Positions 57,802-64,000 of a DNA stretch of 64,000 nt are shown here, in pieces. Below the pieces are notes generated by a model. That model was given only the letters and a program-made list of their open reading frames with translations, did no database searches and was not told the DNA's origin. Where the stretch lies: positions 719,497 to 783,496 of the forward strand of contig JBAZNR010000001.1 of the NCBI GenBank assembly GCA_041649175.1, in the 5' to 3' direction. The stretch's first letter is position 1. Every line of letters begins with the position of its first letter. Origin of the DNA: Candidatus Omnitrophota bacterium (GTDB taxonomy: Bacteria > Omnitrophota > Gorgyraeia > Zapsychrales > JBAZNR01). The translations under genes were made by a program, and so were the position numbers.

Positions 57802-59004
57802 ATGACAAAAAAATTCTTAAAAACAAAAGGGATGAGCATCATCGGGCCTAATGGAAAGCCGATGATCTTAAAAGGCGTTAATTTAGGTGGATGGCTTTTG
57901 ATGGAAGGCTATCTGATGCATGCTTTAAATAGGCCGCAACGCGAGTTTAAGCAGAATTTTGAAAAAGCCCTAGGAAAGAATGCGTTAAAAGATTTCGAGA
58001 AGTCTTTTAATAACAGCTTCATCTGCGAAAAAGATATTGCCGCGATTGCCAAAATGGGGTTTAACTGTGTGCGCGTGCCGTTTCATTTTGAACTTATTGA
58101 AGAAAAGCCGTATCAATATTCTTCCCGCGGGCTCAAATACTTAAAAGATCTTGTCCGTTGGGCGGGGCGTCATCGTATTTGGGTCATTTTAGATTTGCAC
58201 GCCGCGGCCGGCGCGCAAAACCACGATTGGCATTCGGATAGTTTTGGGCCAGCACTGCTTTGGCAAAGAAAAGAATTCCAGAATCGTACCTTTGCTTTGT
58301 GGGAATTTCTGGCGGATCAATTTAAAGATGAGCCATGGATCGCCGGTTATGACCTTTTGAATGAAGCGGTTTTACAAGATGAGCGCCTGTTGAATCAATT
58401 TTACAAAACGCTTATTAAGCGTATAAGAAAAATTGACCAGAACCATATGATCTTTGTTGAGGGCAATACCTGGGCGACCAATATCAAATGCCTGGACGCT
58501 TTTGACGATGATAATATCGTTTTAAGCGTTCATTTTTATGAGCCGCTTCAGTACACATTTAATTTAACGGCCCATTTATCTTATCCGCTTCGCCATCAGG
58601 GAAAAACCTGGAATAAAAAAACCTTAAGAGATATTTTAGGCGCTCACTTTAAAGTCGCTAAGCGGTGCAACCGTCCCGTTTTCGTCGGAGAATTCGGCAT
58701 CAATGACCGCCAAGGGCTTTATGGAGAAAAACTTTGGCTTAAGGATATGCTTTCCTTGTTCAGGGAATTTGGGTTTTCCTGGACGTATTGGACATATAAA
58801 TCCATCAAAAATGCTTATTTGGTCGATGGGATCTTTTCGTTTCTTGAAAATCCGCCGTGGGTCAATCGCATGGGTCCTGTCCAAGGCTGGAGCACGTATC
58901 ATCTTTATTGGCCCAAACAAAAACGCGAGATGATCTCATCTTGGAAAACCGAAAGTTTTCAAAAGAATAAATGGTTATTGAATACCTTGCGCCATGCCCT
59001 CTAA
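57802..59004 (+). CDS. glycoside hydrolase family 5 (cellulase-like), cytoplasmic
   Basis: NEP-like acid/base (LLNEA) and GEFG nucleophile motif. No signal peptide. Confidence 0.75.
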   Translation: MTKKFLKTKGMSIIGPNGKPMILKGVNLGGWLLMEGYLMHALNRPQREFKQNFEKALGKNALKDFEKSFNNSFICEKDIAAIAKMGFNCVRVPFHFELIEEKPYQYSSRGLKYLKDLVRWAGRHRIWVILDLHAAAGAQNHDWHSDSFGPALLWQRKEFQNRTFALWEFLADQFKDEPWIAGYDLLNEAVLQDERLLNQFYKTLIKRIRKIDQNHMIFVEGNTWATNIKCLDAFDDDNIVLSVHFYEPLQYTFNLTAHLSYPLRHQGKTWNKKTLRDILGAHFKVAKRCNRPVFVGEFGINDRQGLYGEKLWLKDMLSLFREFGFSWTYWTYKSIKNAYLVDGIFSFLENPPWVNRMGPVQGWSTYHLYWPKQKREMISSWKTESFQKNKWLLNTLRHAL

Positions 59005-59809
59005 GAATATGCCGATCGTGATCACCAGTGCCCAAAATCCACGGATTAAATCTGTGATCGATTTAAGAGAAAAGAAAACTCGTGATAAAACGGGTTTGAT
59101 GATCGTGGATGGTTTTCAGGAGATCAGGTGTGCTTTAGAAGCGAAAGCGGAGTTTGAAGAGATCTATATTTGCCGTGATTTTTGGAGTGAACAAACTAAG
59201 TCTTTATCGGAAAATTTAATAGCACGTGGCGTTGAATGTTTTGAATTGGGAAAGACGGTTTTTCCAAAAGTTTCTTTCGGCGAACGGATGGAAGGTATCG
59301 TTGCCGTTTGCAAGAAACCAAAGTGGGAACTTAGCGATCTAAAAATAACAAAACAATCGCTTTTAGTTATCGCCGAGGGCATTGAAAAGCCCGGAAATTT
59401 AGGAGCTATTTTAAGAACTTGCGACGGGGCCGGAGTTGACGGGTTGATCGTTTGTTCGGGCGTTGTCGATTGTTATAATCCCAATGTTGTCCGCGCAAGC
59501 TTGGGAACAATATTTTCGGTGAAAGTTATCGAGGCTTCCGCTCAAGAGGCACTTGATTTCTTAAAAAAGAACAATATTAGCATTTGCTCAACGTTTGTGT
59601 CGGCCGAAACGGTCTATACGGATGCTTTACTAAAAACTCCTTTGGCGGTTGTGGTAGGGGCGGAAAAAGACGGCCTAAGCAGTTTTTGGGCGAAGCACTG
59701 CGACTTGAAAATAAAGATCCCTATGAGGGGAACGGCGGATTCTTTGAATGTTTCCGCGGCCACGGCCATTGTTATTTATGAAGCCCTTAGACAAAACACC
59801 TCCCATTAG
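58994..59809 (+). CDS. TrmH/SpoU family RNA 2'-O-methyltransferase
   Basis: SPOUT motifs (EGIEKPGNLGAILRT, LNVSAATAIVIYE). Confidence 0.8.
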   Translation: MPSKNMPIVITSAQNPRIKSVIDLREKKTRDKTGLMIVDGFQEIRCALEAKAEFEEIYICRDFWSEQTKSLSENLIARGVECFELGKTVFPKVSFGERMEGIVAVCKKPKWELSDLKITKQSLLVIAEGIEKPGNLGAILRTCDGAGVDGLIVCSGVVDCYNPNVVRASLGTIFSVKVIEASAQEALDFLKKNNISICSTFVSAETVYTDALLKTPLAVVVGAEKDGLSSFWAKHCDLKIKIPMRGTADSLNVSAATAIVIYEALRQNTSH

Positions 59810-60509
59810 GTTGCAGGTTTTTTTATCGCATAGCGGACTATGTTCCCGCCGTGAAGCGATGAAAATTATCCAGCAAGGCCGGGTGAGCCTTAATGGGCAA
59901 ATCACTACGGAGCCGTCGACGCCGGTTGATCCAGTAAAAGATAACGTTGCGGTCGATGGACAGGATATTAAAAGCTCAGCGCATGAATACATTCTACTCA
60001 ATAAACCTAAGGGTTATGTAACGACGACAGCCGATCCTCACGCGCAAAAAACGGTTCTTGACCTGGTGCCGAAAGAATTTCAGCATCTTTATCCGGCCGG
60101 ACGCCTTGACCAAGACACCCAAGGCTTGCTTTTATTAACTAATGACGGCGATGTCGCCTATAAGTTGACGCATCCTAAATTCAATGTTGATAAAACTTAT
60201 TTAGCTAAGATCTCAGGAGTTTTAGCTCCTTTAGAAAAAGAAAAGTTAGAAAAAGGCGTTGTCATTGAGGATAAAATAACAGCTCCGTCGAAAATAACCA
60301 ATGTGAGAATTTCTTTGGGGCAAACAGAGTTTTTGATCACTATTCATGAAGGACGTAAGCGTCAGATTCGCTTAATGCTTCAAGCCGTGGGACATAAAGT
60401 GGTTGACCTTACGAGGATCAAGCAGGGGCCTTTGAGCTTAGGAGATTTGAAATTGGGCTGTTGGCGCCGTTTGAGCGAACAGGAAATCCTACAATTAAAG
60501 AGTATCTAA
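59778..60509 (+). CDS. pseudouridine synthase, RsuA/RluB family (S4 + PseudoU_synth_2)
   Basis: S4 domain followed by the GRLDQDTQGLLLLTNDG catalytic motif. Start chosen at internal ATG; the track ORF begins at 59748. Confidence 0.75.
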   Translation: MKPLDKTPPIRLQVFLSHSGLCSRREAMKIIQQGRVSLNGQITTEPSTPVDPVKDNVAVDGQDIKSSAHEYILLNKPKGYVTTTADPHAQKTVLDLVPKEFQHLYPAGRLDQDTQGLLLLTNDGDVAYKLTHPKFNVDKTYLAKISGVLAPLEKEKLEKGVVIEDKITAPSKITNVRISLGQTEFLITIHEGRKRQIRLMLQAVGHKVVDLTRIKQGPLSLGDLKLGCWRRLSEQEILQLKSI

Positions 60510-60512
60510 ATC

Positions 60513-62456
60513 ATGATCACTATTACTAATCTTTCCAAGAATTTTGACCAGCGGATGCTGTTGAATAATGTCTGCATTAGCATTTACCGCAATGAAAAGA
60601 TCGGTTTGACCGGACCTAACGGAACGGGAAAAACTACGCTTTTTTCCATTATTCTCGGTCAGATGGAGCCGGGATCGGGAAATGTTCAAGTTCAGAAAAA
60701 TCTTAAAATAGGTTATTTACCGCAAGAAGCACATTTTGAATCGGGGCGGACCGTGATCGACGAAATTACAGCCGGCGATGAGCAGATGATCGCTTTAAAA
60801 AAAGAAAAAAAAGAATTAGAAGATTCTAACCGTGCCGGGGAAATGCGTTATGGCGATATTTTGCATGAATTGGAACAAATGGGCGTTTATGACCTTGAGC
60901 ATAAAGCGGAGAAAGTTCTCTCTGGGCTTGGATTTCGCCAGCAAGATTTCACTCGCCCTATCGCTAATTTAAGCGGCGGCTGGCAGATGCGCACACTTTT
61001 AGCAAAACTTTTGGTGTATCAATTTGACCTGCTTTTATTGGACGAACCGACGAACTATTTGGATTTAGAGGCAACATTGTGGTTTAAAGATTATTTAGCG
61101 AGTTATCAGGGAACGTTCGTTATTATTTCCCACGATAAAGTTTTCTTAAATGAGGTAACAAATTACACCATTGTTTTAGAAGACGGGCGTATGTCTAAAG
61201 TTAAAGGTAACTATGAAGAGTATGAACAGGCGAAATTGCAAAGAGTAGCCTCATTAGAAAAAAGACAAAAGGTGGTTGAGAAAAAACGCGACCAGCTTGA
61301 ACGGTTTGCCCAGCGTTTTCATGCCCAGCCGAATCGGGCATCCGCTGTACGCAATAAGCGAAAAATGATCGAGCGCTTGGAAACGATCGAGATTCCGGGT
61401 GAAAAACACAGCATCAAAGATTTTGATTTTCCCGTGACTCAACAAAGCGGACATTCCGTGATCACCTTAAGAAATATTTCAAAATCGTATACTGACCTTA
61501 AGGTTTATCAAGGGCTTGATTTTGAAATTACCCGCGGAGAAAAGATCTGCTTGATCGGACATAACGGCGCCGGAAAATCAACGCTTCTTAAAATGTTGGC
61601 CGGTGTCGTCAAGCCCGATAGCGGCGAACGCAAATTAGGGCACAATGTTGGTTTGGGATATTTCTCCCAGACGCGCTTAGACGTCCTTAATCAAGAGAAA
61701 ACGGCGTTTGATGAAGTAGCGACGTCTGCCGCCGGCATTGTTCCGGCGCTTAAGATCAGAACACTTTTAGGTTTATTCAATTTTCGCGGTGATGATGTTT
61801 TTAAGCAGGTGAAGGTTTTATCAGGGGGAGAAAAGAGCCGGCTTATTTTAGCGAAACTTTTGATTAGTCCGCCGAATTTTATTTTGCTGGATGAGCCTAC
61901 CACCCATTTGGATATTGACGGCGTGGAAGCGCTCACTAAAGCATTTAAAGCATATGAAGGGACACTTTGTTTTATCAGTCACGATTTATTTTTTGTTAAA
62001 CAGATCGCCAACCATGTCGTGGAAGTTAATAACGGGGTTTTAAAAAATTATCCGGGAGGGTTAGACTATTATCTGGATAAAAAGCGCGCTCAGGATGATC
62101 TTTTAAAGCAAGGTGAATCAAAGGTAAAACAAGAGCAAAAAGAAAAAAAGAAACTTAGCTCATTCGAGCAGAAAAATGATCCCAAAACAACAGAATTGCA
62201 CCATCAGCATCAGCAGGCCTTAAAAAGGCTTGCGGAAATTAAAAATGAACTAAAACGGCTCGACAATGAAAAAGGACAATTGGAAGCGGAAAGCTTTGTG
62301 AAGTCTAAGGCTATTTCGGACCCGTCGGGCCGGCGTGATTCGCAAACATTAAAAGAATATGGCCAAAGGCTTAAATTCATTCAACATCGGGTCAGAGAGA
62401 TCGAAACAACCGCTGAGCAATTAACGCAAGAACGCGATCAGATCGGTAAAAAATAA
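60513..62456 (+). CDS. ABC-F family ATPase (Uup/YbiT-like, two ABC domains + C-terminal coiled coil)
   Basis: Two Walker A sites (GPNGTGKTT, GHNGAGKST) and two signature motifs (LSGGWQ, LSGGEK). No TMD. Confidence 0.85.
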   Translation: MITITNLSKNFDQRMLLNNVCISIYRNEKIGLTGPNGTGKTTLFSIILGQMEPGSGNVQVQKNLKIGYLPQEAHFESGRTVIDEITAGDEQMIALKKEKKELEDSNRAGEMRYGDILHELEQMGVYDLEHKAEKVLSGLGFRQQDFTRPIANLSGGWQMRTLLAKLLVYQFDLLLLDEPTNYLDLEATLWFKDYLASYQGTFVIISHDKVFLNEVTNYTIVLEDGRMSKVKGNYEEYEQAKLQRVASLEKRQKVVEKKRDQLERFAQRFHAQPNRASAVRNKRKMIERLETIEIPGEKHSIKDFDFPVTQQSGHSVITLRNISKSYTDLKVYQGLDFEITRGEKICLIGHNGAGKSTLLKMLAGVVKPDSGERKLGHNVGLGYFSQTRLDVLNQEKTAFDEVATSAAGIVPALKIRTLLGLFNFRGDDVFKQVKVLSGGEKSRLILAKLLISPPNFILLDEPTTHLDIDGVEALTKAFKAYEGTLCFISHDLFFVKQIANHVVEVNNGVLKNYPGGLDYYLDKKRAQDDLLKQGESKVKQEQKEKKKLSSFEQKNDPKTTELHHQHQQALKRLAEIKNELKRLDNEKGQLEAESFVKSKAISDPSGRRDSQTLKEYGQRLKFIQHRVREIETTAEQLTQERDQIGKK

Positions 62457-62491
62457 TCTTTAAAGCGTTTTAAAAAACGCGGAGGATCAAG

Positions 62492-62887
62492 ATGAAGAAA
62501 GAAATTATTATTCTCTCTTTTGGGCTGATCATTTTTTGCGGATGTGCAAAACTGGCACATCTTGAAGAACTCCTAACGCTTAAAAGTTTTTCCGACAATC
62601 AAGCACAGCAAGTTAAATACGTAGAAGTTCAGGATAAAAAGTTTGCGTTGCTTTTAGAGGCTATCAAAAATGACCAGATGAAAGACCATCCGGATAAAAA
62701 AGAATTCCTTAAAACGTTCGGCCAGCCCATTTTGGCCAAACGTGTTGTTGAAAACGGCGTAGAGCTGGAAGAATATCTTTATCGCTATAGCGCAAAATTA
62801 TCAGGATCAGAGAAAGTCTATGTTTATTTTGATGCGCAAGGAAAAATAAGTCGTTGGCGTTATGTGGAGCCGGAAAAAAGAAAATAA
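62492..62887 (+). CDS. small lipoprotein (131 aa), hypothetical
   Basis: Lipobox IIFCGC. Confidence 0.5.
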   Translation: MKKEIIILSFGLIIFCGCAKLAHLEELLTLKSFSDNQAQQVKYVEVQDKKFALLLEAIKNDQMKDHPDKKEFLKTFGQPILAKRVVENGVELEEYLYRYSAKLSGSEKVYVYFDAQGKISRWRYVEPEKRK

Positions 62888-62908
62888 TTCACGAAGTGAA
62901 CAGGTGGA

Positions 62909-63841
62909 ATGATGGGTGAACGAACAGCAAAAAATTTAGAAGAGATCTATAAACGGCTTTATGCCAAATTTGGGCCGCAGCATTGGTGGCCCGGGAAAAC
63001 CAAATTTGAGATCATTGTTGGTGCTATTTTAACGCAAAATACCAGCTGGAATAATGTGGAAAAAGCCATTCGTAATTTAAAGCACCATGGTTTTCTAACG
63101 CCGCAAAGATTAAAAGAGGCTTCCGTAAGGAAGATCGCGGCGCTCATAAAACCTGCGGGGTATTTTAACGTTAAGGCGATGCGCCTTAAAAACTTTATCC
63201 ATTTTCTTTTTAAAGAATACGACGGCAGTTTGGAGAAAATGTCAAAAGAATACTGGGCGAATCTACGTATGAAATTGTTGAATGTTAATGGCATCGGGCC
63301 GGAGACGGCTGATTCGATCCTTTTATATGCGTTCAACAAACCTGTTTTTGTTGTTGATGCTTATACAAAAAGAGTTTTAGCCCGGCATAATTTGATCGGG
63401 CGCCATGCGGATTATCAAAGCATTCAAAATCTCTTTACGGATAATCTTAACCAAGACGCAAAAATGTTCAACGAGTATCATGCTCTGATTGTTCGTTTGG
63501 GCAAAGAGCTGTGCAAATCCAAACCCTTGTGTGAAATTTGTCCTTTAAATAATCTCAGCTACTCCATCAATTATAAATGTTATTCCTGCAATAAATTCCT
63601 TCCTCGGCCGCAAGAACGGTATCATTTTAATCTAGAATTATATGCGGCCCCCGAGATCGTTCCGACGGAAGCCGAGCTTAAAAAAGACCCCCAGGCGGAA
63701 ATAAGATCCTTGGTTGATCAAATGGGTAAGAAGAATATTTCCGAACTTCCCGAAGATAAATATATTTCTCATAAAGCGAGTTTATGTAAAAAGTGCCATG
63801 ATACGTTCAGGGCGCGAGTTCAAAACAAAGAATTTGTCTAA
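62909..63841 (+). CDS. HhH-GPD DNA glycosylase (endonuclease III family) with Cys-rich C-terminal extension
   Basis: HhH-GPD region (LLNVNGIGPETADSILLYAF...VVDAY) and FeS loop CKSKPLCEICP. Extra C-terminal CYSC...CKKC. Confidence 0.75.
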   Translation: MMGERTAKNLEEIYKRLYAKFGPQHWWPGKTKFEIIVGAILTQNTSWNNVEKAIRNLKHHGFLTPQRLKEASVRKIAALIKPAGYFNVKAMRLKNFIHFLFKEYDGSLEKMSKEYWANLRMKLLNVNGIGPETADSILLYAFNKPVFVVDAYTKRVLARHNLIGRHADYQSIQNLFTDNLNQDAKMFNEYHALIVRLGKELCKSKPLCEICPLNNLSYSINYKCYSCNKFLPRPQERYHFNLELYAAPEIVPTEAELKKDPQAEIRSLVDQMGKKNISELPEDKYISHKASLCKKCHDTFRARVQNKEFV

Positions 63842-63855
63842 CGTTTTGAGGGGCT

Positions 63856-64000
63856 ATGCCCACACTTAATCAAAAATTCCTCGAACAATGCCGGCAATTC
63901 CCCGACAGGGAAGCTTTTTGCCTTAAAATTCTCACCGGCTGGCGCCGTTACAAATATACAGATGTTGCGCAACATGCCCTTAAAGTGGCGTATTGGTTGC
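63856..64000 (+). CDS. AMP-dependent synthetase/ligase (acyl-CoA ligase-like), 5' fragment; continues beyond window
   Basis: N-terminal FPDREAF...ITYTDV-type pattern typical of acyl-CoA synthetases. Open to the window end. Confidence 0.45.
   Translation, partial: MPTLNQKFLEQCRQFPDREAFCLKILTGWRRYKYTDVAQHALKVAYWL

Noticed and set aside
1-64000. CRISPR array, rRNA genes, IS elements or transposase genes
   Set aside because: No spaced direct-repeat arrays, no rRNA-like conserved stretches and no transposase or integrase ORFs are visible in this window. The only repeat families are the short operator palindromes and junction repeats noted above.

Overview
This reads as a bacterial chromosomal window from a Gram-negative-type organism: OMF/RND efflux, LpxL-family acyltransferase, Blc lipoprotein and TatAC are present. 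It is dense in housekeeping genes on the + strand, and no CRISPR array, rRNA or complete tRNA was found. The left ~4.2 kb looks like the right-hand end of an island integrated at an initiator tRNA-Met gene. That island carries a 5'-truncated E2-E1 fusion protein (CBASS Cap2-like or Bub/Bil-like) translationally coupled to a JAB/JAMM peptidase (Cap3-like). Next come a 142-aa ORF of unknown function and a Fic-domain protein whose promoter sits inside an array of three 13-7-13 palindromic operators. The island boundary is marked by a 45-nt copy of the 3' part of tRNA-fMet (anticodon loop CUCAUAA through CCCCGCA-A-CCA), followed by an intrinsic terminator. Downstream are an FCY1-type cytosine deaminase, a GT-C-like membrane protein, Blc, an 11-gene complex I operon nuoABCDHIJKLMN lacking nuoEFG, an LpxL-family acyltransferase, an RNase II-family protein, an MFS transporter, and an OMF-RND pair with no adaptor gene. 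They are followed by an orphan nuoF homolog, single-domain response regulators, an RsmB-like methyltransferase, tatAC, a YfhO-like membrane glycosyltransferase operon, hemW, a polyprenyl synthase, and a REC-GGDDF-MshEN-like signalling protein. The window ends with a purine operon purB-purC-purL(with fused PurS-like repeats)-LOG-purQ-purM-purD-purE, a TsaC/LMW-PTP fusion followed by rpiB-glyA-nrdR, a bifunctional nuclease, cca, a macro-NUDIX fusion, GH5, TrmH- and RsuA-like enzymes, an ABC-F ATPase, an Nth-like glycosylase and the start of an acyl-CoA ligase. Several starts in the ORF track are GTG/TTG codons rendered as M, and I adjusted them where an ATG with a Shine-Dalgarno was evident.
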